From Rhynchopus sp. YZ270_cl-10 (lineage: Eukaryota), in the NCBI GenBank assembly GCA_964035575.1, contig OZ037844.1, positions 868,001-932,000 of the forward strand: DNA of 64,000 bases. Reading direction: 5' to 3'. Positions 1 through 10,401 of the stretch are shown here, in pieces. Every line of letters begins with the position of its first letter. Positions within the stretch are counted from its first letter, which is position 1. Made by a program: the position numbers and the translations under genes. Below the pieces are notes generated by a model, which ran no database searches, was not told the DNA's origin, and saw only the letters and a program-made list of their open reading frames with translations.

Positions 1-187
1 CTTGAAACTAGGGAAATAATGACAACACAGGTGCAGGGGTTTTTGAATTTGATGCGTTTTGCAGTATTTTTTTTATGACAAAGAACAAGAGATAAGCAAG
101 AAGGGCAACGATTGGCTATGTGCCGACAGAGCTAAAAGAAGCATGTATCCAGCTGCTCCAGAGGGAGGTATCAGAGAAACGTCATTA

Positions 188-428
188 CCGACCCTCCCCC
201 GTGAAATTGTCCCCCCTGGGAGAAAAAGTGAGGGGGGGACAATATCACGTACGGCAAAAAGGGGGGACAATTTCTCGTACTGTAGGGGGATGGCCGTTTT
301 GGTGTGAAGAAGGGGGAGCAAAGGTTGTCCCTGCGACTCCCTTGAAATTGCCCCCCCCTGCCTTGAAATTGTCCGTCGGGGCAAAATACCGGTTTTTTGG
401 GGGGGACAATTTCACGGGGGAGGGTCGG
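188..428. mobile_element. MITE, about 241 bp, 29-bp terminal inverted repeats
   Basis: CCGACCCTCCCCCGTGAAATTGTCCCCCC (188-216) is the reverse complement of 400-428. Internal TGAAATTGTCC/GGACAATTTC sub-repeats occur in both orientations. Flanks are TA (left) and CA (right). Confidence 0.8.
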
Positions 429-449
429 CAAAAAAAAAAAAAAAAAAAA

Positions 450-1330
450 CGCCACGTCGAGCGCAGGGCTCGCGCTAAAGTCCATCCCTCATCCCGGGAT
501 TTTTGGGGGTTTTGGTAGGAACGTTTTTTTTTTGCAGTACGGGGATTTCATTAAGAAACCAGAAGTTCTAATATTGTTGAGTAAGACCACCACATAGTGG
601 ACTTGCATATACATGTGACCCCGCCGTGGAACGCAATTGGCTCGGAAAGTCAAAAGAAAGAGGAGAAAAAAGAAAAGGAAAAAAAAAAAAAAAAGTTGGT
701 TACCGTGCGCCTGCGGCGCTGCCTGTTCCCTTCCAGTTTCTACAGGCAAACACTTGCCCCCTTTACCTTACACTGACGGGTTTTGACCAAAACCAAGAAC
801 TTGTCCATTTCGGCAAATTGACCCCACCACACAACGGACGAATTCCGGAAATGCAAATGCCGGTGTTTTCGGGCATTTTCATGTTGCAAGACGTCAGGAT
901 CAGGGAGAGAAAATCTGGTTGTGGGATTTACATTGGCCCTCTTTACCCACATGGATTTTGACCAAAACCAAAAAATTGGCCATTTCGGCAAAGTGACCCC
1001 ACCACAGCGCGGACGGATTCCGGAAATTCCAATCGCGGTATGTTTTGGGGCTGAAAACCCACTGATTTTCAGGAGAAAAATTGCTTCCAAATCTCCGAAT
1101 TTTCCGAATTTTCCTGAAAATGACCCTTGTTTACGAGTATGGGTTCATATTTTGCGAAAATTTAAGTCACTAAAATTTTGTCCATTTTTCCGTATATACC
1201 CCACCACAAGCCGGGATTGGCCCGGAAATGCCACAAAACGGGGTTTCCGGGCCTCCCCAGCTAACCTTTTCAAGGAACGTTTTTCCGTACCCGAAATCCA
1301 TTTTTTCCCCATTTTTTCCCATAATTAGCG
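450..1330 (+). repeat. Composite interspersed repeat carrying the GTACCGTGCGCCTGCGGCGC hairpin (family A)
   Basis: Blocks recur at about 11690-12115 (matching about 695-1110), 43745-44010, 44260-44390 and 44445-44805. The core motif also occurs at about 2090 and 20772, and inverted at about 28983 and 36059. Confidence 0.8.
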
Positions 1331-1630
1331 CGACCACTGGTCGAGCGTGGCAGAAATATCGCAAGAAAATCACCTGAAAACGTTAGCAAGCATCCAGTAC
1401 TCCATACTAAGAGAACCCTAGAGCACTACTCATGAAACACTCACTAACATTCACGGAGCAGAGGGAGCGAAGGGTGCACATAGCACCGAGAAAGAAACAC
1501 AAAAGACCACCTGAGCATCCCGTACTCTGCCTACGAGAGACCACAAGCTCTCTTCCCAGGACAGGCGAGCCCATCAGTGCTCTGTCCAATCCACGAGATC
1601 AACCAGGATCTTAACAAAACTACCACAGGT

Positions 1631-2466
1631 TGGTGTGACCTATACAGGGGTAGTGGTATACCTTAGAAGGACCTTAGAAGGACCTTTTTTACACCTTTTT
1701 TTTTGGGGGGTGCTAAAATTATTTTGTGTACATTTTTTTGGTGGTTTTTTGTGGCCAGAAATTTTCCCCAGAAATTTTTACCCCCAAAAAATCAAAAAAA
1801 TATTTTTTTGATTTCGGTGCACCGGAGCCTGTGCGTGCTGTGATGGGGTCACTTTGAGCTCAGAAATGAGTATTTTTGACCTCAAATGCATGTGTCAGTT
1901 TTTACAGGCCATTTTCAAGTTTTGTGTGCAAAATATGGTCAGTACTTGACTCCTGAAGGAAAAGTACAAAATGAACGTGGGGCAAGTTTGCGTAGATGCG
2001 CATTTTACACCCCACCATTTGACGGGCGGAGCTCGTAGAACCCAACGAAGAGTGAGAAAAAAGGATACGCCGAAACAATAAAAGTAGCGTACCGTGCGCC
2101 TGCGGCGCAAGCTGGTATCCCACCTTCCCATGACATAGTGTCACAGGCTACTGCCGTCTTGGAACCCTCCATCGGCCCCGGTACTGGGTACTGGGTACTG
2201 GGTACTGGGTACTGGGTACTGGGTACTGGGTACTGGGTACTGGGTACTGGGTACTGGGTACTGGGTACTGGGTACTGGGTACTGGGTACTGGGTACTGGG
2301 TACTGGGTACCCAGTTTTTTGATCGAAAACAAGGCCACTCCACCACAGGGAAAGCTCGGGAAAAAGTCACGTTTTCCTTAAGGAAGTGCCCTAAGGAAAA
2401 CCACCATACTTTAGAAGTACCTTAGAAGGACCTTTTTTACACCTTTTTTTTAGAAAAATCACACCA
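1631..2466. mobile_element. 836-bp non-coding insertion with TG...CA ends (8-bp IR) and a 5-bp TSD
   Basis: Starts TGGTGTGA and ends TCACACCA. CAGGT is duplicated at 1626-1630 and 2467-2471. It interrupts a degenerate ~200-bp tandem duplication (1395-1625 vs 2472-2680). Internal direct repeat CCTTAGAAGGACCTTTTTTACACCTTTTT lies near both ends. Confidence 0.65.
2180..2310. repeat. (GGGTACT)n heptamer tandem repeat, about 18-19 units
   Basis: Perfect 7-bp periodicity read directly; it explains the spurious PSTQYPV/GTGYWVL ORFs. Confidence 0.97.
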
Positions 2467-3592
2467 CAGGTACAGACTCATTTTATTTCATGCAGCGAAG
2501 AAGATAGCAAAAAGGGTGCAAAACAGCACAGCGAAAGCATGAAAAAACACATCGCATCAAATACTCAATCCACACAAGAGACCACAAGAACTCTAACCCA
2601 TGAAGGACGAGCCCATCAGGCACTCAGTATCACCAGGGATCAACCAAGAACTCTACTCAAGCAGGATTGCCAAGTACACATTCATGAATGTTCATGTAAC
2701 AGCACAACGGCTGAGTACTGACCACGCAGGGAGCGGAGGGGGGAAAGCTTTAAGACGAAAATGAGCGAGCACAAAAATCAGCGCGTGTGGAAGAAAAAAA
2801 AGAAGAAAAATATTTTTTCTGATTCAAAGTGGTGTTTACGTTTTGGGTACGGGGCGGAGAATAAAACCTGCTCGACAAAAAGAAACGCAAGATTTTTGTT
2901 TTATCTTGTTCACCTTTTCCTCTTCTATATACAGTGAAGACAAACAATGAAAACTTTATAAGATGATCCGAAGCGTCTCGTGCCTAGGGGGAGCGGGGGA
3001 AGAATAATTAGATTCATAAGAATAAGAAAGACAGAGTCTCATGGCTCAAATAAAAAAATAAAGAACAAACAAAACCTCTTTGTGGTGAGGGGCATGTGTG
3101 CGGGTGTGTGTGGCATTGCAACGTCGACGCCACAAAACACCACTGTCGAAAGAAGTGCACAACCGAGCAGCATGCGGGTGGGGAAAGATCGTGACATTGT
3201 CGGACACCCCCTCTTCATTCTGGTTGGTGTAAGAGGAATAATGTCCCCGCACTGAGCACAGATATGCAGAAAATGAAATACCCCCTTCTTTGTATGTTCG
3301 TTGTTTGTTGATCGCATCCATTTTTCCAAACTTTTATTTTCCCTTCCTTCAAAGCTTCACACACAACGCTTTTGGTTTTTGGGAGACACACATCGTGCCA
3401 GGTTCTATGATATCCACGGAACCACCCTGCACCTATTTGTCACATTGTTTCCCGTGCAATACATGGAGAAAGGTTTCGTTGTCGAAACTAGGAAAAGAAT
3501 GACAACACAGGTGCAGGGCAGCAGGGGTGATTAAATTTGATGTTTATTGGGGTCATCTGGGGTCTTTTTTTTTCAAGACAATTCACAAAAAT

Positions 3593-5494
3593 TCACAACG
3601 TGGCGAAAACACCCATGATATAGGTTCGCGTGTTTGCGGTGTCGGTATCAGTGTCATCATCGGTGTCATCATTAGTGTCATCATCAGTGTCATCATCTAC
3701 GTCTGCCCCTGCATCAATGAGCAACTTCGACACATCTGAGTACTCCCTTAACACTGCATTCCGCAGTGGAGTGACGCCGTGCTCATTTGCCTGATTCACA
3801 TCCACCTCAGGCATGCACAGAAGAGTGCGCACAGTCTCGATGTGTCCATGGTACGCTGCGTACATAAGACATGTGTCTCCTATGTTGTCTGTGACACACA
3901 CTCCCGCACCTGCTTTGACCAACAACTTCACAGCATTGAGTGCCCCTCTCCTGCAGGCACAGTGCAGAGGTGAAGATCCATCCTCGTCCTTTGCCTCGAT
4001 GTCTGCACCTGCATCAATGAGCACCTCCACCACTTCAGCATGGTTATTTTGAGCTGCAATGTGCAACGCAGTGAAGTTCTCATCTTCTGAGTGATTCACG
4101 TCCACCTCAGGCACGCTCACAAGATAGCGCACAGTCTGGGTGTGTCCATGATACGCCGCAAGGGTCAGACATGTGTCTCCTTCAGTGTCTGTGACACACA
4201 CTCCCGCACCTGCTTTGACCAACATCTTCACAATGGCGAAGTTTCCTAAAATACTCACCCTGTGCAGAGGTGAACGTCCTTCCTTATCCTTTACCTCGAT
4301 GTCTGCCCCTGCATCAATGAGCACCTGACACACTGCAAGGTCCTCCCACATGGCTGGACACGGTCTATGACCTTTGCTACGTAACTCTAACCCGTGTGGG
4401 ACAAAGGCAACGTTGCTGCAGACTGACTTCCAATGCTGCAAGAGGACCTCCGTGCACGCAGTGTGGTCTGCGTGGACGCACTCACTCAGCAGGATCCCGA
4501 AGCCCATCTGCGTTGTCTCAACATACGGAAGAAGCAGTGCGAGGCATTCATCTTCGTTCCCTCTGCATGCCTCGTGCACAGCATCGAACGCAATCTTACT
4601 GCTGTCTGTGTGTGAGCTGAGCTTCTCAAGTCCCACCTGCATGGCAGTCGTGTCGCCGTTCCTGGCAGCCTCCACCAAGGCGAAGTGGAGCACGTCCTCT
4701 GCCCCTGCAAGCACCGCACGCAGCACAAGAGCTGCCTCCTCATCAACAGGCTTGCCCACAGCACCGCCAGAAAGAAGTGCCTTCACACAGGCAAGGTGAT
4801 GCCCAGCAACAGCAGCATCCAGCGCAGTCATCCCATCAACACAGTGTTCGCAGTCTGCACCCTTCGCAACAAGAAACTGCACCACATCCGCATCGCCACG
4901 GCACGCTGCAATGTACAGCGGACGTGCACAGCTCGCGTCGTTCTCACTGTGCACCTCCAGCCCTGCCCCAGACGCGACGAGCAGCTCTGCACTTGCAAGA
5001 TCCCCAAGGTGTGCAGCCACACACAACGGCTTGATGCGCCTCCCATTCAGGTCCAGCTTGTGTTCCTCCAGCAGCATCGCAAGCACCTCCACTCGCTTCA
5101 GGTGCAGACAGGTCAGCAGGAGCTCGTCCACATCGACTTCCAAGCAGACACGGGTGTTGTCCGAGCATGACTTCCAATGCTGCAAGAGGACCTCCGTGCA
5201 CGCAGTGTGGTCTGCGTGGATGCACTCACTCAGCAGGATCCCAAAGCCGTTCGTTCGGTCAACGTAGTGGGGAAGAAGCCGTGCGAGCCATGCATCATGG
5301 TTCCCTCTGCATGCCTCGTGCACAGCATCGAAGGAAACCGTTTTGCTGTCTGTGTCTGGGCTGAGCTTCTCAAGTCCCACCCGCACGGCAGTCGTGTCGC
5401 CGTTCCTGGCAGCCTCCACTAAGACCTCATCTGCAGAAAGCTTTCTTCCCTTTGGTGCCTTCTCTGCAGTGCTGTCTGTGTGTCGCTTCCCCAT
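3593..5494 (-). CDS. Ankyrin-repeat protein, 633 aa, chimeric copy with a duplicated N-terminal module
   Basis: Many ankyrin motifs (GRSPLH, FTALHIAA, GSSPLHCAC, GVTPLRNAV, LIDAGADIE). The LVEAARNGDTTA...LLQHWKS block is present twice. DDDT acidic tail. Confidence 0.9.
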   Translation of the reverse strand: MGKRHTDSTAEKAPKGRKLSADEVLVEAARNGDTTAVRVGLEKLSPDTDSKTVSFDAVHEACRGNHDAWLARLLPHYVDRTNGFGILLSECIHADHTACTEVLLQHWKSCSDNTRVCLEVDVDELLLTCLHLKRVEVLAMLLEEHKLDLNGRRIKPLCVAAHLGDLASAELLVASGAGLEVHSENDASCARPLYIAACRGDADVVQFLVAKGADCEHCVDGMTALDAAVAGHHLACVKALLSGGAVGKPVDEEAALVLRAVLAGAEDVLHFALVEAARNGDTTAMQVGLEKLSSHTDSSKIAFDAVHEACRGNEDECLALLLPYVETTQMGFGILLSECVHADHTACTEVLLQHWKSVCSNVAFVPHGLELRSKGHRPCPAMWEDLAVCQVLIDAGADIEVKDKEGRSPLHRVSILGNFAIVKMLVKAGAGVCVTDTEGDTCLTLAAYHGHTQTVRYLVSVPEVDVNHSEDENFTALHIAAQNNHAEVVEVLIDAGADIEAKDEDGSSPLHCACRRGALNAVKLLVKAGAGVCVTDNIGDTCLMYAAYHGHIETVRTLLCMPEVDVNQANEHGVTPLRNAVLREYSDVSKLLIDAGADVDDDTDDDTNDDTDDDTDTDTANTRTYIMGVFATL

Positions 5495-6300
5495 GGTTTG
5501 TGTGTGGTCTCTGTATCTTGCGTGGTATGGTCTTTTTGAGGTGGGTGATGCACACCCTATTCGATTTTACGGCAGGGCAATGCAATGTGGGGATTCAATA
5601 AACACAGTTTTTTTCTCTATTCTTTTCCAAATCTCATTCTATTCATACAAAAGGCTAGATATTCGCATTTCCTGAACGTACATTTATGTCGTACCTTTTC
5701 CCCTCATGAAAAATATTAAACACGGTAAGAACGCACACTTCGGTGTCGTCGCAAACCATCTCTCTGACGATTCTTGTTGTCAGGAGATACTTCCCGTAGG
5801 GGACATTGTCGATGCCCTACGCGAGGTTCCCCACACAGAGGCCTTTGTTATTTTGTTCCCTCGTACTCATACGTATCAGTGCACCCTTCTTTCCATCAAT
5901 CTCTTTTCTTCTGTGTACTGCTACTCGAGCAACGGTCGTGTCATTTCAGCTAGTGTGTACTCTGACACGGAGGGAGCCTGCATTAACTCTGGAGTCTCCA
6001 CATCCAAGGTGACCCGCAAAGCAAAAGTCCCTGCCATTGACCCAGTAGATATGACAGAGGTCAATGAAACCTTGTCAAGGCGGCATGGCAGGGTTAAGAG
6101 CAATAGATAAGAGATCCAGAAGAACGACAAAAGGCAGAAAATCTGATTAAAACAGTGAAAATGTAGCCTCAGACCCCCTCCCTGCCCCCCCAACCTATTA
6201 TATCAGAATATCACTTAAACGCACTTTTTGTGGGGGGAATTATCAAAAAAAACCCCAAAAGGAAGAATCGTAATCGGGGGGTTTCCGGACGAGTCCATAT

Positions 6301-6735
6301 ATCTGAACCCCACCCCCATCCCCTCCCTCCTCCTTTCCCCTTCACCCATCAACACAGATGAAGTGCATGCCGTTTACCTTCATGAACCCAGACAGAACGG
6401 AGGTGCCCACAACTGCGCCAGATATTGAAGTTGCAGTACGACAAGCTCCGCCAGAACCTGTACCGGCACGTAGACGGAAGCACGGCCCAATGCGAAATAC
6501 TCTCATGAGAAAATCGGGGCCTGCGGTGGGTTCGTTGTGGGTGTTGGCGCAAGAAAGATTGCACTCGTGATGGGGCGATGGTGAAGCAGCTGAGGCCAGA
6601 CGACCGCCACAGTGGGATGAGCAACACCATCCACAAATACGATGCCTTCAGTGGTAGCCTCTCTCGTGATCGTGCGCTGTGGGAAGCAAAGATTCTCTCT
6701 CGAACACAGCGGTGTGAAGTGGAGTCCAGGCGTCG
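6301..6735. repeat. Spacer of the ankyrin tandem-duplication unit
   Basis: Near-identical to 8577-8998. Partial copy at 7129-7256. Its left end also matches 10354-10437. Confidence 0.9.
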
Positions 6736-7127
6736 CTAACTGGCATCGGTGTCAGTATCAGTGTCATCATCGGTGTCATCATCAGTGTCATCATCAGTGC
6801 CATCACCATCAACGTCTGCCCCTGCATCAATGAGCAACTGCGACACATCCGAGTGCTTCATTGACACTGCATTCCGTAGTGGAGTTAAGCCGCTGTTATT
6901 TGACTGATTCACATCCACCTCAGGCATGCACAGAAGAGTGCGCACAGTCTCGGTGTGCCCCCGGTACACTGCGTACATAAGACATGTTTCTCCTCGGTTG
7001 TCTGCGACACACACTCCCGCACCTGCTTTGACCAACAACTTCACAGCATCGAGTGACCCTTCCCTGCAAGCACAGTGCAAAGGTGAAGATCCTTTCTCGT
7101 CCTTTGCCTCGATGTCTGCACCTGCAT
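6736..7127 (-). pseudogene. 5'-truncated ankyrin gene copy (last ~130 codons only)
   Basis: Closely matches the C-terminal third of 8999-10114. It is fused abruptly to spacer sequence near 7128, and the ORF opens on GTG rather than ATG. Confidence 0.8.
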
Positions 7128-7256
7128 GCACAGTGGGATGAGCAACACCATCCGCAAATACGATGCCTTCAGTGGTAGCCTCTCTCGTGGTCGTGCGCTG
7201 TGGGAAGCAAAGACTCTCTCTCGAACACAGCGGTGTGCAGTGGAGTCCAGGCGTCG

Positions 7257-8366
7257 CTAACTGGCATCGGTGTCAGTATGAATATCATAGGTGTCATCAT
7301 CAGTGTCATCATCTCCGTCTGCCCCTGCATCAATGAGCAACTTCGACACATCTGAGTACTTCCTTAACACTGCACGGCGCAGTGGAGTGACGCCTCTGTT
7401 ATTTGACTGATTCACATCCACCTCAGGCATGCACAGAAGAGTGCGCACAGTCTCGATGTGTCCATGGTGCGCTGCGTACACAAGACATGTTTCTCCTTTG
7501 TTGTCTGTGACACACACTCCCGCACCTGCTTTGACCAACACCTTCACAGCATCGAGTGCCCCTTCCCTGCAAGCACAGTGCAAAGGTGAAGATCCATCCT
7601 CATCCTTTGCCTCGATGTCTGCACCTGCATCAATGAGCACCTCCACCACTTCAGGATAGTTTTCTTGAGCTGCAATGTGCAACGCAGTGAGGTTCTCATC
7701 TTCTGAGTGATTCACATCCACCTCAGGCACGGTTACAAGATAGCGCACAGTTACGGTGTGTCCAAAATATGCCGCAAGGGTAAGACATGTGTCTCCATTG
7801 GTGTCTGTGACACGCACTCTCGCACCTGCTTCGACTAACATCTTCACAACTGCGATCTTGTCTGAAATACTCGCCCTGTGCAGAGGTGAACGTCCTTCCT
7901 TATCCTTTGTCTCGATGTCTGCCCCTGCATCAATGAGCACCTGACACACTGCAGGGTCCTCCCACATGGCTGGACACGGTATCTCATTGTCTATATCTTC
8001 CCCTATCCCGTATGGGACAAAGGCGACGTTGCTGCAGACTGACTTCCAATGCTGCAAGAGGACCTCCGTGCACGCAGTGTGGTCTGCGTGGATGCACTCA
8101 CTCAGCAGCATCCCGAAGCCCATCTGCGTTGTCTCAACATACGGAAGAAGCAGTGCGAGGCATTCATCGTGGTTCCCTCTGCATGCCTCGTGCACAGCAT
8201 CAAAGGAAACCGTTTTGCTGTCTGTGTCTGGGCTGAGCTTCTCAAGTCCCGTCCGCACGGCAGTCGTGTCGCCGTTCCTGGCAGCCTCCACCAAGACCTC
8301 GTCTGCAGAAATCTTTCTTCTCTTTGGTGCCTTCTCTGCAGTGCTGTCGGCGCGTCGCTTCCCCAT
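7257..8366 (-). CDS. Ankyrin-repeat protein, 369 aa
   Basis: ATG at 8366 (MGKRRADSTAEKAPKRRKIS) is homologous to the starts of the other copies. Ankyrin motifs and acidic tail. Confidence 0.9.
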   Translation of the reverse strand: MGKRRADSTAEKAPKRRKISADEVLVEAARNGDTTAVRTGLEKLSPDTDSKTVSFDAVHEACRGNHDECLALLLPYVETTQMGFGMLLSECIHADHTACTEVLLQHWKSVCSNVAFVPYGIGEDIDNEIPCPAMWEDPAVCQVLIDAGADIETKDKEGRSPLHRASISDKIAVVKMLVEAGARVRVTDTNGDTCLTLAAYFGHTVTVRYLVTVPEVDVNHSEDENLTALHIAAQENYPEVVEVLIDAGADIEAKDEDGSSPLHCACREGALDAVKVLVKAGAGVCVTDNKGETCLVYAAHHGHIETVRTLLCMPEVDVNQSNNRGVTPLRRAVLRKYSDVSKLLIDAGADGDDDTDDDTYDIHTDTDAS

Positions 8367-8998
8367 GGTTTGTGTGGTCTCTGTGTCTTTCTTGATATCG
8401 TTTTTTTGAGGTGGGTGATGCACACCCTATTCGATTCTACAGCAGGGCAATGCAATGTGGGGATTGAATAAACACAGTGTTTTTTCTCTATTATTTTCCA
8501 AATGTCATTGTATTCATGCAGAAAGGCTCAATATTCGCATTGCTGAACGTACATTTATATCGTACGTTTTCCCCCATCTAAACCCGCTCCCCATCCTTTC
8601 CCCTCACCCATCAACACAGATGAAGTGCATGCCGTTTACCTTCATGAACCCAGACAGAACGGAGGTGCCCACAACTGCGCCATGATATCGAAGTCGCAGT
8701 ACGACAAGCTGCGCCAGAACCTGTACCGGCACGTAGACGGCAACACAGCCTAAATCGAAATTCTCTCATGAGAAAATCGGGGCCTGCGGTGGGTTCGTTG
8801 TGGGTGTTGGCGCAAGAAAGATTGCACTCGTGATGGGGCGATGGTGAAGCAGCTGAGGCCAGACGACCGCCACAGTGGGATGAGCAACACCATCCGCAAA
8901 TACGATGCCTTCAGTGGTAGCCTCTCTCGTGGTCGTGCGCTGTGGGAAGCAAAGATTCTCTCTCGAACACAGCGGTGTGAAGTGGAGTCCAGGCGTCG

Positions 8999-10114
8999 CT
9001 AACTGGCATCGGTGTCAGTATCAGTGTCAGCATCGGTGTCATCATCAGTGTCATCATCATCAACGTCTGCCCCTGCATCAATGAGCAACTGCGACACATC
9101 TGAATGCTTCCTTAACACTGCATTCCGCAGTGGAGTGAGGCCGCTGTTACTTGACTGATTCACATCCACCTCAGGCATGCACAGAAGAGTGCGCACAGTC
9201 TCGGTGTGCCCCCGGTACACTGCGTACATAAGACATGTTTCTCCTCGGTTGTCTGCGACACGCACTCCCGCACCTGCTTTGACCAACAACTTCACAGTAT
9301 CGAGTGCCCCTTCACTGCAAGCACGGTGCAAAGGTGAAGATCCTTTCTCGTTCTTTGCCTCGATGTCTGCACCTGCATCAATGAGCACCTCCACCACTTC
9401 AGCATGGTTTTCTTGAGCTGCAACGTGCAACGCAGTGAAGTTGTCATCTGCTGAGTGATTCACGTCCACCTCAGGCACGCTCACAAGATAGCGCACAGTC
9501 TGGGTGTGTCCAAAATATGCCGCAAGGGTCAGACATGTGTCTCCTTCAGTGTCTGTGACACACACTCCAGCACCTGCTTTGACCAACATCTTCACAATGG
9601 CGAAGTTTCCAAGAACACTCACCCTGTGCAGAGGTGAACGTCCTTCCTTATCCTTTACCTCGATGTCTGCCCCTGCATCAATGAGCACCTGACACACTGC
9701 AGGGTCCTCCCACATGGCTGGACACGGTCTATTACCATTGCTAGGTAACTCTAACCCATGTGGGACAAACGGGACGTTGCTGCAGACTGACTTCCAATGC
9801 TGCAAGAGGACCTCCGTGCACGCAGTGTGGTCTGCGTGGACGCACTCACTCAGCAGCATCCCGAAGCCCATCTGCGTTGTCTCAACATACGGAAGAAGCA
9901 GTGCGAGGCATTCATCGTGGTTCCCTCTGCATGCCTCGTGCACAGCATCGAAGGAAACCGTTTTGCTGTCTGTGTCTGGGCTGAGCTTCTCAAGTCCCAC
10001 CCGCACGGCAGTCGTGTCGCCGTTCCTGGCAGCCTCCACCAAGACCTCGTCTGCAGAAAGCTTTCTTCTCTTTGGTGCCTTCTCTGCAGTGCTGTCTGCG
10101 TGTCGCTTCGACAT
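8999..10114 (-). CDS. Ankyrin-repeat protein, 371 aa
   Basis: Paralogue of 7257-8366 and 3593-5494. Ankyrin motifs and DDDT tail. Confidence 0.9.
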   Translation of the reverse strand: MSKRHADSTAEKAPKRRKLSADEVLVEAARNGDTTAVRVGLEKLSPDTDSKTVSFDAVHEACRGNHDECLALLLPYVETTQMGFGMLLSECVHADHTACTEVLLQHWKSVCSNVPFVPHGLELPSNGNRPCPAMWEDPAVCQVLIDAGADIEVKDKEGRSPLHRVSVLGNFAIVKMLVKAGAGVCVTDTEGDTCLTLAAYFGHTQTVRYLVSVPEVDVNHSADDNFTALHVAAQENHAEVVEVLIDAGADIEAKNEKGSSPLHRACSEGALDTVKLLVKAGAGVRVADNRGETCLMYAVYRGHTETVRTLLCMPEVDVNQSSNSGLTPLRNAVLRKHSDVSQLLIDAGADVDDDDTDDDTDADTDTDTDAS

Positions 10115-10401
10115 GGCTTGTGTGTCGTCTCTGTGTCTTTCGTGGTATGGTCTTTTTGAGGTGGTTGATGCACACCCTATTCGATTCTACGGCAGGGCAA
10201 TGCAATGTGGGGGTTGAATAAATACAGTTTTTTTTTTCTCTATTCTTTTTCAAATCATTCTATTCATACAAAAGGCTAGATATTCGCATTGCTGAACGTA
10301 CATTTATATCGCATATTTCACCCCCCCCCATGAAAAATGAATCTACACTCCCCATCTGAACCCCACCCCCATCCCCTCCCCCCTCCTTTCCCCTTCACCT
10401 A

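Noticed and set aside
2180..2310. Telomeric repeat
   Set aside because: Internal to an insertion, and the unit is not a telomere repeat I recognise.
2005..2425. ORFs with PSTQYPV / GTGYWVL repeats
   Set aside because: Translation artefacts of the (GGGTACT)n tract.
7257..8423. Longer 388-aa start for the second ankyrin gene
   Set aside because: It opens on GTG; the ATG at 8366 matches the paralogues.
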